Shown piece by piece: positions 11,974-25,000 of a DNA stretch of 64,000 nt. Source of the DNA: Camelus ferus (lineage: Eukaryota); contig NC_045705.1 in NCBI RefSeq assembly GCF_009834535.1, positions 31,000,001-31,064,000 on the forward strand, read 5' to 3'. A program made the position numbers and the translations under genes. The stretch's first letter is position 1. Every line of letters begins with the position of its first letter. The notes beneath the pieces were generated by a model, which saw only the letters and a program-made list of their open reading frames with translations, had not been told where the DNA came from and searched no databases.

Positions 11974-14900
11974 TCTTCAGGCTAATAATCATTTTTAAAT
12001 GTTTACCTGTTACTACCTTTCAAGCAGTTTGGAAAGAGGAAAAAGTAAAATAAAAGCTGAAGCATTTACTGACAGGGACATGAAATGACAAGCATATTGA
12101 GCAATAGTGACATCCAAAAAATGGACTTAAAAATCTTTTGGTATATGTAATTAATAATTATCAAAATAATGTTTGTTTTGAATCCAAAACTCACTTTGTC
12201 CAAATGAACCTCCTCTAAACAATCACAAAAACAATCACAAATGTACCACAAAAAAATACAAAACAGCTTGGCTATCTGGCTTGCAACTTTGTGGCCTCTT
12301 TTGATACTCTTTAGCTCACAATCATCTCATCTTATTAAGTACATCAGAAAATACTTTAAGCTGAATACAGCATTTATCATCTCTTCCCTCCCAGCTGTTA
12401 AAGGACTAGATTGTTCTAAATATGGCATTATCTTTTCAAAGTTCTAGGGTTTAAGCATGACATAACTCTTTTAAAGAATCATCTTTCTTGTCATGACTGA
12501 CAAGCATGACTTAAATGGAGATAAACAGGGTAATGAAAAACATTTGGGTCTGATTTTCAATTGCTATTTTATAAAAGGAGAAAAACAAAGCATTATAGCT
12601 TTAAAATAAGAAATTCACATAAAACTATCTTCTCTTTGAACTCAGGCAGTGGGGTTGTTACCAACGATACACAGGTAACCCCCACCTGAGGAAAGAGGCA
12701 GAAGCCACCTGCCCAAGATGCTGTAGAAGGGATTCCTTTGCTGGGAAGAAAATTTCCCTGCGTGACCTCTCAGGTCTTCTCCTAACCTCAGAAACTGAGG
12801 CTTTGTCTCTGAAAAGTAGAGGCGTAATAAATGCAATGCATGGGTGGAGACAGTAGAAGGGTGTGCTGGAAAATTAGAAGGCCTGGGTTGGAATCCTGCT
12901 TCTGCTTCCATGTGAACTTTTACACTTCACTTCCCTCATTTGCAAAATGAAAGGTTTAGAGGAAAAAATGAAGATCTTAACATTCTGAGCCTATGGCTTC
13001 TTCCTATGCCTGCCTCGGCTACCCACCACCTTCCCACTGCTGCACCTTACCATAATTAGGCAGCTTTTTAAAGCATCTAATTAATGGAACACAGAAATTA
13101 AAACCTTTACCTTTCTATTTCTGGCTCGTTGCAAATGTGCAACAGCATTTTATCAAGGAGTAGTTAATGCCACACAGTTCTTGATACACTGGCTTTTCTT
13201 TGAACCCCAGTGACAGTTTACACAGTGACAAGTTGTAAGCAAGGAGGTTGTTACCATGGGGACCCACCAGGATTCCTGGGGGTGGATCCAGCAGGCTTTT
13301 TTTTTTCTTTTTGGTCAGAGCATTTTTTGATGTTCTGGATCTGGCAATTCAGAAAGTCGGATCTAATTTTTCTTCAGCAAGCTGCCTTCAAGAAATATTA
13401 CCATGTTGTACACAATTCCGGAGAAATACTGTTTTAGTGACTCTCTCTTGCAATAGTTAAATAATCTCCCTATTCATAAAAACAAATAAATACAAGCTCA
13501 ATGAAGTATGTGACCTATGTGTGCTGCCATTTCTTTCCAGATCACTGTATTGTATAAATTATATTATTTAGTATTTTTCCTATCAAGACTTCAAAGTTCT
13601 CCAAAGCAAAATTCTACTCAAGAAATTTCAGCTTCCCTACATGCTTATGTTTGAAATACAACACAAAATACAATTATAATAAATAAAACTGATTATAAAA
13701 TAAACCAAACTGATTAGACCAGAACAGAATTTCAATCCAAGTCTGCCTCCAAAATTGCTGTGTCTGGACACAAAGGGGATGTAATTCAGAGAGAGGAACT
13801 GCCACTCCCAGCTAAATGTGTGCTGCCGCTCAGCTCCCCCGAGACCCATTTTGTTAGAAGATACCTAAAGAAAACAGATCATTTACAAGTCTGATCTGTG
13901 GATCTGGTTTGTTCAGAGAAGTGGAGCAATCAGAATTCAAATGAAAACATTCTAAGTTGTACGCTTCCTGGAACAGAGTGAAGTCTTTCACTAGGTCTTA
14001 CTTGGCCCAGAGAAAAGTTATACCAGACAAATTAACATTAATAAATAAAAATAGCACTTGATCTCATAGTAATAATCTACAACTTCAGATATCCTAGGCC
14101 TGATCCACAAAAACCTGAGAGCTAGAAAGCACTTAGAACAAAGCTCAAGAAAATCCTTCCTTGAGCTCCAACTAGCAATTAATTATTGAAAAGCCTGAAC
14201 ATAAATGCCACTAAGATAAAATGTGTTGAAACCGAATTCATAACCATATTATAAAAGTAAGAAAAAATCACAAATTCACAAGCCTAAAGAGAAAAAAGAA
14301 AAATGATCTAAGGAGACAATATACTTTCAGCTAAAGATAAGCAATAGGCATCAAGATACTCCACAGAATTACTTACTGTATCTGGTTTTGACATATTTGC
14401 TTACACAAGCTTTCCTGTAGCAGGTCCAAAAGGATTATTTTTAAGCAGTTTCCCAATCCCATAACCACAATCTATAACCCATATTTGTTCAGTAAAATTT
14501 GCAAGCTTTTTTTTTTTAACTGCACTGGTGAATGTATCCAGACACTATTAAACAGAAACAGCATATGATAAAAACAATAAATAAATCATAGACATGGTGT
14601 CTTTCCATGGTTATTTCCCATAAACTTGAAAGAGGAAGTGTGAAGGACAAGCCCAGAGCACAGTTTTGTCACATAAGTTTACCATCAGTCTGGACACAAG
14701 GACACAAAAGGAGGCAAACTCTTGGGCGCTTTATTTGTTTTTACTACTGGTTTACAATTTCCTTGATTTTATTTTTAAATGCATGTCTTGGCCCAGAAAA
14801 GCAAGAGAGAATAGACTGCCAGCAGTATCAGATTCTCCTTTTCTTATTCTCTGGAGCTGCAGGAAACAGAGCCAGAATCAGGGCTGTCTAGGAGCCTTCT

Positions 14901-15988
14901 GATTTTGTCCAGGCAATACCCAGTATGAGGTCTTAAGATACACAAAGGCTTTTATGGTACAAATCTTGGCCAACTTAATTTCTTTCAATGGAAAAGCTAC
15001 TTATATTTTTTCAGAAAACTCCTTGGAGCTTAAAAGTACTGATTATCTTCAAAAGACAAGGATTTGAATAAACTAATAGAATTTCAATTTTAAAAGTTTT
15101 CTTCCTACTCCTAGTCCTTAGCACTGACCTGTTTCAAAATATAAAATTAAGTGCCACTCAACCAGTCATGTAGTATTCAACAAATATTTATCAAGTATCT
15201 ACTTTGTGCAAGGGCCCCATACCAGTAAGTACTATGGACTATAAAAAGTAAAACTTCCTCTCTATGCACAGCATTTGGTTCAATATTATACACACACTAT
15301 GGTACGAAGACATAACACTGTTTAGGCTCTTCTCAACAATGTGGCCTCCAATGTCAAATAACAACTTCCAGTTTTTTCTACCCTGCAAATCTATTCCTTC
15401 CTGGTAGTATACAAATCCACATTTCAAAGCTGGCCCTTGTCTCTTTTTAATTCCTGCTCATTAATATTACAGGGAAATTTTACATTCCTCTGGAATAAAG
15501 TCTTCCAACTTAACAGAGACCAAATGATCACAGGAAGAAAAAAATCAAATTAGAAGCATTAAACTGTCTTTCTCAGAGCTTTCCTCTCTCCTTCATTAAC
15601 ATTTCTCAAAGAGAAAAACACCACTGTGATGCTCCTATTACAGATCATTCATGAAGTAACTAACTGAGCTGAGACCAGACAGACTCCATCAACTGGGCAC
15701 ACAGCCACTCACCATTACCCTTTGTTTAAAGACTCAACTGCCGTTCAACCCACATTATTGTGTTCCACTCAAGTCCATCAACTTCTTTTTAAGAGGAAAC
15801 AATGAGGAAACAAGCAAATTTGTTACTTAACTAGAAACGAAGAAAGGACCTAACCCATAGACCTCACAAAAAATTATTTTAAAATGATGGCTCATTTTAA
15901 GTTTCCTATGTGAAATGGCAGTATTATTTTGTTATAATCAGTCTTATATCTAAAAAGAACTGTGAACAAATACTCATTAGAGATTTGT

Positions 15989-16019
<31 letters not shown>

Positions 16020-19000
16020 TTAAGCTTCAGCTGGCAAAGCACCAGAGAAAAGCACTCCATACACCAAGAATGACAACACAGGTAAATGTCCACACTACAG
16101 ATGGAGGAGCCAAGACCCCAAGCAGCCTAAGCCTGGGGATGGGGAGGCTACTGGGGGAGATACAGGGCAATCTTCCAAAAAGCCATGATCCTAGGCCTGA
16201 ATATTCTAAAATTCAAATGAATTTAAATGTTAGGCAGAGCTCTGCACTAAGTATCTTATTCAAAGCTCTTCTGGATATAATTAAGAGAAATCTCCAAGCT
16301 AGCTTAAGCAAAAACTGGAATTAACTGAAAAGATAACTGGAGTATCTCATGGAACCCAAAGGCAGAAAGTGCAACAGGGCCACACCTGGGAAGCCTTTAT
16401 GCACCCAGGCGTCTATTCTGCATGTGCTTCGAGTCCACCTCTCTCTCTAGAGCTGCATTTCTCATCAATGCTTCTTTATGGATGAATCTACTTAAATCTC
16501 CCTCCCTGTAGACCGACCTTCACTGCTTCCACATGTATGGGCCTGAAGTTGGCTGCATCCCAGCATCTGTATTTAAATGCTTCAAGTTTTCTGAATTCAG
16601 GTGTTCTGTTTGTTCTCCAAAGAATGAACTGCAGTTCCAATCTCAAATTCCTAGGAGAAAGTGATGTGCCCAGCTTGGGTTAGTGCCCACCCATGGTCCA
16701 GTAAACTGTTACAAAAAGGGCTAGTTCAGAGAGTATAATTTAAGGTAGGGACTGTGTGCCTGACTCCTCAAAAGATGTATGATACACTAAGCAATAAGGC
16801 AGTCTCCATCCTCAAAAAGCTTAAAATCTCACTGAAATGAAAAAAATCTATCATTAATACTAAATAGTATCCTATGATACAGTCTTAGAATAAATGGACA
16901 GGAAAAGCTTCATGACAAAGATTAACCATGCACTAAATGACAGAAACAGAACCACAAGCAGGGAAGGGCTGAAGAACACAAAATGCAATACCTGCTCCTC
17001 TTGCTCTGGCCATCTAAGAATTATAAACCTAAGGAATAAATAGTCTTTTACCACATAAATAGCTTCCAGTGAAATACACTTGTTGAAAGCCTGTTATAAG
17101 GTATTAAAACTACAGTATGACCACAAAGCAATACTGTTTCAATGTGCAGTAATAACCAGCTAGCTGATGAATGTCAGTTATACATTTTCAAAGTGCTTGT
17201 CACCATCACCCTGACTTCCTTTCACTCCCTGGACCCCCCTAAGACTCTTGCTCAGACAGCAGCATTCAGAATCAGGCAGGCAGCCAACAGAACAGCACAG
17301 GTGTTTCTCATGGGTAATATCCCAGCCAACCTAACATGGTCAAGTTAGCATCACACAGACAGAATTCACGCAAAAGAAAAAGAAACACCAGCTAAGTGTA
17401 GGGGGAGGGAACTGGAGTAGAAAAGAGGAATGTTTTCCACATGCAAAAGCTACAAGCACAAAGAAACTGGAAAAAGCCTACAGTAAATTACCTGTACAAA
17501 ACAGAAACTAGCAAAAACTTAACAGATGTCCAAATAATCTCGGGTTAAAAAAGACAGTCTACTCACAGTAGACAATTAGTTATCCAACATTATCACCAAA
17601 GTATCACACATTCCCACAGTCTCTGCAAGAGCTTGCTTCAATTTCACAGGAAACAAAAAAGTAAAAGAACAATGAGAAAGTGGTGACAGTTTCTAATTTA
17701 GCAATTCTTTTGCTGAAGAGTAGCAATGTTATGTAAATGAGAACTACTGACCTTTCAAAATTAAAGCCTTAACACTATAAAATTAAACAGCTTTAGAACC
17801 AAAAAACTTCATTTTGTATAATCCCCAAACTAAAGACATTTCCCAACTTGGAAATAAAATGTCAATGGAGTTTCAACATGGAGAAAAAGTGCTGTTTAAC
17901 TCTATTTTGTCAATGCTGAACATAGCCACAGAGGTCAGAAAGTTAGTGAATAGTTTTTTCTAAAGCCACACTCTGCACCTATGAACACATCCCCAAAGTG
18001 GCATATAAAATCAATTAAGTGAGATTTGTCAGATCGCACTGCAGCCTCTAGAACTCACCATCTTATTCGTATGTTGCTGTATTTTCTAAGTGGAGGAAAA
18101 GAAAAATTAAAATGTTATAACACAAAAGCTGTCCTGAAAATAAGTCCATTTCTTGTTTAAAAAAAAAAAAAAGGGTGGGCGGGGGATCAGCTGATTGAGG
18201 GTCACATCAGAACCTTAAACAAAACTCTAAAAGTTAAAACGTTTTAAATCATTAATTTTTTTTTAGAAGAAATCTTTATTTCAAAAAATCACTAAAACAG
18301 AAAATATGGACAGAAATAAAACCACTCCCATCTGACATTGAAGAATGCCCATCTCCTATAGCAAGTATTAAAAATAAGTAGGTCAGAAAGATGAGAATAA
18401 ATCATTAAATTTAATATATGTGAGAGAATATTTTATACTCAGTCTCCCCTAACTAGGCTTTCTCATCTGTTAAGAAAAAAAATCTAATTTTAATGTAACT
18501 TTTCACATTCATGAAATTCATGTTCTCTGTATAAAACATTTTAAAACAATGGTAAGTATGAAGAAAAAAAAATCACTCATGTCCCGATGCCCAGAGAAAA
18601 TTTTGGTATTTATCCTTCTAGCCCATGAGATAATGTTTTTAAGAGAATTAAAGAGTCTTCACAGAAAGAATATGTTAAGTCAATACGGAGTTTATTACGG
18701 ATAAAAAACATTCTTGAAAAATTTTAAAGGTATAGAACTCAAAGAAATTAAAAAAAAATGCTCATGGCTCAACAGCATAGCAGAGGTTAAAAAAACTACA
18801 GAACAGTTCTGATTAATTCTATACAGACACCACTACAGTAAGGAGATTCCAACAGCCAATTTCATGACAAGGACAAGTTACAATTACAAAGATCTCAACA
18901 GGAAAACTACCTTCAGCAAATTACAAAGCTCAGATAAGGATTCTTGATACAACATAGTTTACAAAGCCAATAGCTAAAACTGATTAACTCTTTCATCTAC

Positions 19001-19375
19001 ATTACAACTCTAAATATTAGCATCCACCCTCTCTCCAAGCGTAAAACTAGTTACCTACGATTAGGAACGGTCCCAGGTGTCCCTACTGCAAATCCAATAA
19101 TATACCCCTATGTAATTTTCAGTTTTCTATGAACATAGAAGCCTCCTATCAACAGACTCTCATGTGAAGTATAGGCAGTGAAGATGAATCTAGGGAAACC
19201 ACATTACCCAAGCATTCTACAGGGAACAATGAGCTAAAAAGATTCTATGGGGAAGAATGCCCTTCAAAGCAAAACATTTCAGATGCACAAACTGGACTTT
19301 AGAAAACAATCTTACCCTTAATCCACAATAAACAAAGGAAAACGCAAAATAAAATATACCCAAAAGGAGGAAGGT

Positions 19376-19450
19376 TGAGAGGTTTAGCTCAGTGATAGAG
19401 CATGTACTTAGCATGTAAAAGGTCCTGGGTTCAGTCCCCAGTGCCTCTCA
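19376..19450 (+). mobile_element. tRNA-derived SINE (Vic-1-like), head only
   Basis: tagctcagtgatagagcatgtacttagcatgtaaaaggtcctgggttcagtccccagt. Confidence 0.8.
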
Positions 19451-20144
19451 GGGTGGAGGGATGGGGGACACCCAAAAGGGGAAAGGAAAGGAACACTGAC
19501 AGTAGCTACTGTCTGCCTATATATGACACTGCTAAGCATTTTAGCCGTATTTTACTTGACTGAACTGCATTACTGACATGAGATAAGTAGTCAACATTTT
19601 TACAGATGAAAAAAGGAAATAGCATTATCAGCCCTGTACCAGGCACTATCCAGTGCCTAGCTTAAGTTATCTCAATTAATTCTCACATTACAATTCCACA
19701 TTGGTTATCTCCATTTCAAAACTGGGAGAAACAGGTCGAGAAATGTTAAGGTCACACAATGATTTCACCGATTTTTAGGCCCAATACCTGGAGCTGTCAA
19801 ACCTATCCCTTCCAGGCTATGCTTATAAACCCATTTAAGTCAAATAATTCTTTCAAATCACAGGTTTCAAACCAATTTTAAGGACTCAAAAATCCAAGAA
19901 TCAACTCTCAGTTATAGGAAGACTAATTCTCTAGGTTTTGTTCATATTTTCCTTATTTTGGAATATACCCAATATTTAATTATAACTATAAATGGAGTAT
20001 AACCTTTAAAAATTGTGAATCACTATGTTGTACACCTGAAACTTACATAATACTGTAAATCAACTATAGCTCAATTAAAAACTAGCATTAAAAATTTCTT
20101 GTTTCTATTTTACTTGCTCTTTGACGATTTCATTTCTTTCTTCC

Positions 20145-20222
20145 TTTTTTAACGGAGGTACTGGGGATCAAACCAAGTACCTCAGCATGCACCCTACTAA
20201 CTGAGCTATATACCCACCCCCA
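20145..20222 (-). mobile_element. tRNA-derived SINE (Vic-1-like), degenerate
   Basis: ggaggtactggggatcaaacc...actgagctatatacc. Confidence 0.75.
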
Positions 20223-20720
20223 CCCTCCACTCTTTGACCATTTCAGCATGCTATAGCACCTCTTAGGAAGAAGTGCACAGGTAAATACAGGATCATATTA
20301 CTTACAATCAACTTTAGAATTTGTTGTAAGTTCCGCTCAAAAAGCCTTTATAGAAGGTTAATTCCTGGTTCAAATTATATTTCTGAAATACTTGAACTTC
20401 CAGGACACGTCCTGCTTCTAATTATTATCAAAAATAATCAAAAGGAATAGTTCTGAACAAAAGAATGGTTCATGTTGTTTGAAAAAGAAGTATATAAATC
20501 CTCCCTAACACTAAAACTCCCATGTGTTAGGTACTGTGAAGGTCGTAATATCTCTTTGAGACAATGGCGTTAACTGAGTAAAACTTTCAATTCATCCCAT
20601 GTCCCGAGGATTAATATCAAACTCCCTTTATTACTGGAGATGAGGAAAATGGAGTTGGAGACTGGATCTAAAAAGCAAGGAGAGGAAAAGTAGACAATCA
20701 AGCATATCAAAATTAGTTAT

Positions 20721-20868
20721 GGAGAGAGGGTATATAGCTCAGTGGTAGAACGCATGCTTAGCATGCATGAAGTCCTGGCTTCAATCCCCAGTACCTCCAC
20801 TTAATAAATAAATAGATAAACCTAATTCCCCCCAAAAAAAGAGTTCCAAAATTCAAATTAAAAAAAAG
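20721..20868 (+). mobile_element. tRNA-derived SINE (Vic-1-like), full length
   Basis: Head, (AAAT)n, cctaatt tail; imperfect TSD ending in agttatg on both sides. Confidence 0.88.
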
Positions 20869-21581
20869 ATCAGTTATGACCCTCGAAAAAATAAGAAAAA
20901 GTTCACCTTAAAAAGGAAGCCTTTCATGCATGAGAATACTCTGAATATCTCTGTTCACAGTGAAACAAACTGGGAGGCCTATAACCTTCAAAATGCTCTT
21001 ATCCTCAAAGTATTCGTTATTAATTCTAAGCAGGCCATTAAGTGCCAGGTTTATAAACTTTATACAATATGGAATACCTGGATTATCAGTCCACCCCTCT
21101 AACAAAAACCATTCATATTTATAGCTCTGCAAAGGCAGAAACATGTGACACTTTTTCTGTACATAATCCATATTTTGAAAATGCTGCATGTTCAAAGACT
21201 GAAATTGTGATTAGATCAGAAATTAGATATGATGCTGTTAACCGTAACTTGGTTTACTGTTACATATTTTTTAAAGCACACTGACATGTTGGAATTTTTC
21301 AAGAGATTTGAGAATGTCAGCGGACACCCCTCTGTAATTGGCAATCCACATGAAGAGCATGAAATCTAACCAATTCAAAAGCCTTTATGGAGCTCCAAAA
21401 GAAGGCAAGATACCAAGATGAAAGAGACATTCCTGACCTCGGTATGCANNNNNNNNNNNNNNNNNNNNNNNNNNNNNNNNNNNNNNNNNNNNNNNNNNNN
21501 NNNNNNNNNNNNNNNNNNNNNNNNNNNNNNNNNNNNNNNNNNNNNNNNNNNNNNNNNNNNNNNNNNNNNNNNNNNNNNNNN

Positions 21582-21950
21582 ATGCAGAACAGGCAAAATG
21601 ACAAAGACAGTAGACTAGAGGTTAAGAGGGGCTAGGAAGAGAGGGGAATGGATAGTTATTACCTACTGGTTAGAGTTTGTTTCAGGTGAAGAAAACATCT
21701 TGGAAGTAGACAATGGTGATGACTGCAAAACACTGTGAATATACTTAATACCACTGAATTGTACTCTTAAAAATGGACACTCAAAAATAATTAAGATGAT
21801 AAAATTTAGGTTATGTGTTTTTTTAATGCATAAAAAATGGTTAAAATGAGAGACTGTTATATTTTACCACAATTTCAAAAAATTGATAATATACCCGAAC
21901 TATTGAATTGTATGGTACATGAATTGTATCTCAATAAAGCTGTTTAAAAA
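21582..21950 (+). mobile_element. Old L1 (L1MB/MC-like) 3' end
   Basis: cagaacaggcaaa...ggtgatgactgcaaaacactgtgaatatacttaataccactgaattgtac...tatctcaataaagctgttt. Confidence 0.7.
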
Positions 21951-23989
21951 AAAAAAAAAGGGGGCAGAAGAAACAGAGCAATTTGTTGAAGTACCAAAAG
22001 CCCTGAGCAGAGGAGCCTATGCTCCTACTTCAGTTTCTTTACCCCAGCCTCTAGGTGACAGCTCTTCTCTTTCCCTTTCCAAAGCACACCACCACCACCT
22101 TATAACCTCCCACTTCCTTATTAAGTCTGGCCTCACAGGAAAATTAAGCTAAAGAAGCTGCAGTAGCAGTCACAGGAAGGGGCATGGAATTCAGGACTCA
22201 CACTATGTTTAGCAGCAGAGCCCAAACCTTTCCTTAAAAAAAAAAAAAAAAATCACACAATAGATGTACAATAAATGTTAGGTCTCTGCCATTCCTTTCC
22301 TCTTCTTGCAGCCCAGCATGTTGAAAAGTGTGACTTCTCTGCTCCTGTACTGGGATATCCACTGGCCTACCTCACATGTGCTAGAGCTGTTAAACACAGA
22401 GCATCAGTTAAAATGTGCCTATTACTTATTATCAAATCTTAAAATCACATCATAAATCCTAACTAGCATAAGCCTATTTTAGTAAAATAATAAACATTTC
22501 TATAGTATATAGAAAGGATAAGATAAAGACCAAATATTAATCACCTTTGACAGGTAAGCGTACAGGTGAGAAATGTTTTGGTTTGTCTGTGTTTTTTATA
22601 ATGAATCTGTTTATTTCCGTAGTAAGAAAAATAACTGGAAATCTTTAGAAAAATAATTCATTCTGGCTCAAAATTTCACTGTCTCTTATACCACAGGCAC
22701 TTTTACACATTACTGCAATGAAGCTGGATTAACACCATGTGAAACAGACACCATTGCCTCCATTCTGCAGGAAAGAATAAACTGAGGCTCAAAACAGTGA
22801 CTTGGTCAAAGCTGCACAGCTAGTAACAGAGCAAGGATTACAATCTAGACTTTCCAACTTCAAGCCTGCGGCCCTTTCCATTCCATCACTTCTTAAAGGG
22901 CAATTTGCATTATTGCTCATGACATATTGTTTGTTTAAAAAAATCTGTGCTGGGACTGTTCTAAGATCACTTGCTATACAATCTTGGGCAAGTAAGTGGC
23001 TTAACTTCTGGAAGCCTCAGTTTCCTCATCTGAAAAGTGAAGATGTTGGAAAAGATATTCTTTTTCTAACAACCCCGCCAGCTTATGGATTTTAAGTCTA
23101 GATACCATCTGAGGAGAAGAAAACCCTGTGGGCAAGAATGAATGGTTGGAAAGAAGCTGAGTCTTAAACTTTCGGCCAAAGGCCATTCTTAATGGAAACA
23201 GGTGGTGGACAGTCAAGAGGAAAGAACCACTGGGGAAACCACAAACTTCCTGGTTAAAGCAACAGCTGAAAAGCTCCGAGTTTGCTTTACTAACAGCAAT
23301 ACTTCAGTCTTGGCTAATTCATGATCAAAAGCCGCATACTGTGAGTAAAGCTAAAAAAATACAAAAACTGGCATGGGGGTAAGGGAGAGATCTGTAGCAA
23401 TAATTTATGCCTAGTAATTCGATGATTTTCCAAGTGAACTCAGTAATGTTCCAACAGAAAGAACCCTCAGTGATTCTCAGGGACGACTCTTCCACAACAA
23501 GAATTTAAGGAGAAACTGAAACTTGCATTCCACTCTGAGATGCCACACTTTTGGAAAAGAGCCGACCCAACACTTGTGGAAAAGGTGAAAGAAAGTAATT
23601 AAAGCCTTTCCAATCCACAGAAAATCAAAAAAAGCGAAAAAAACTTTAAAGGGTGAAGTTCCTGTAAAGGATTTATCAGGTATCTGTAACCCCTTACACT
23701 ACAGACATCATACAGCTTTCTAAAACGGTTTTTACACAGCTTTTTACGCTATGATAATAAGAGTACAGCATTAACTTTGCTGGCGAGGAAAAGAGTCCAT
23801 TTTGCTAAAACAGGCTCCAATCAAAATCTCACCACCCTTCCCCTCAACTACGAGGATGAGCCTAAACCAAGGAGAAGCTGCTTAAAGCCCGTGCAACAGT
23901 CTTAGAGAATTAAAACAACATTCTGCCCCGAGGACCACAACCAACACAGTAAAGGCTTTAAATCCAAAACCAGATAGCGAAGAAAGCTC

Positions 23990-25000
23990 CTCACCGTGCT
24001 CCCGGGTGCGAGATTCCAGCCCCGCTACTAGGCCACGACTGGGTGAGCACCTGACGTGGGGGGAGGGCGAGCCAAGGCCCTAGCGGATCTGGGGCAAGGA
24101 ACGGGGGGCTCTCGAGGCTCCTGAGGAGAAGCGCTGTTCTCCAGAGGCGGGGGTCCTGAGGACCCCCAACCGGTAAACACCAATAACACGTGGGGCGACA
24201 GGAGCAGAGAAGGGGTGTACCGGGCTGGCAGCCTGGGTCTGGCACGCCTGCCGGAAAAAGGAGGACGAAGCTACCCTGGGCCTAGAACGGAGCCCTCTGG
24301 ACCCCGAGGGTGGAGGCAAAGGGCGCGGGGACAGGAGACAAGGCCACGAGGAGGGCGGGTCTCCCTGGGCGCGGGGGCACGCGCCGGGCAAGCGCGGAGA
24401 GACCCGGGGAGCGGAGGACCCCGACACACGGGAGGAAATCGCAGACCTGCCTCCGGGGAGCGGGTAACGAAGAGCGGCCGCGCCCGGAGGGCCCTGTGAC
24501 CCGCGGCCGCCCGGGCAAGACCCGCCCCGCGGCGCCACCCTCTTGCCCCTTTCCCTCCCTCGCTCGTTCCCTCCCTCCTACCCGCGGCCCGTTATCCCGC
24601 GGCCACCGCACTCACCAGCGGCTGCACCTGAGCCCGCCGCTGCCTCAGCTGCTNNNNNNNNNNNNNNNNNNNNNNNNNNNNNNNNNNNNNNNNNNNNNNN
24701 NNNNNNNNNNNNNNNNNNNNNNNNNNNNNNNNNNNNNNNNNNNNNNNNNNNNNNNNNNNNNNNNNNNNNNNNNNNNNNNNNNNNNNNNNNNNNNNNNNNN
24801 NNNNNNNNNNNNNNNNNNNGGGGGAGGGCAGCGAGGGGAACGTACCACCGCGGTGCCGGCCGCAGCGCGGATCCGAGCGGTGCGCCGCGCAAGGGCGGGC
24901 CGAGCGCCCGGCGCTGCAGCGCCCCCTCGGGCTGGGGAGTGGAGAAGCAGGCGCGCCGGAATCCCCAGAGCTTCGGGCGGAACCATCAGCCCAAGGAGCT
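23990..25000. promoter_or_regulatory. CpG island / main CELF1 promoter
   Basis: Abrupt GC- and CpG-rich segment with GC boxes, in an AT-rich background. Confidence 0.85.
24616..24819 (-). other. CELF1: CELF1 non-coding first exon (5' part hidden by N-run 24654-24819; TSS not visible)
   Basis: Minus strand AGCAGCTGAGGCAGCGGCGGGCTCAGGTGCAGCCGCTG|gtgagtgc matches my recollection of the CELF1 5'UTR; strong donor; inside a CpG island. Confidence 0.8.

Larger units (their letters stand above)
1..24615 (-). other. CELF1: CELF1 intron 1 (proximal 24.6 kb; downstream exons lie outside the window)
   Basis: Begins at donor CTG|GTGAGT after the CELF1 first exon; no CELF1 coding exon recognisable in 1-24615; synteny with PTPMT1-KBTBD4-NDUFS3. 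Confidence 0.85.

Noticed and set aside
3785-16015. (AAAAC)n tracts that read as UG/U-rich CELF1-binding elements on the transcribed strand
   Set aside because: Common poly(A)-derived microsatellites; no enrichment demonstrable
21300-21448. Non-repeat-looking 150 bp beside the first N-run, with a CxxCGLPI motif in one minus frame
   Set aside because: Stops in neighbouring codons, no splice signals, no protein I could recognise; a BLAST search would be needed to call a pseudogene
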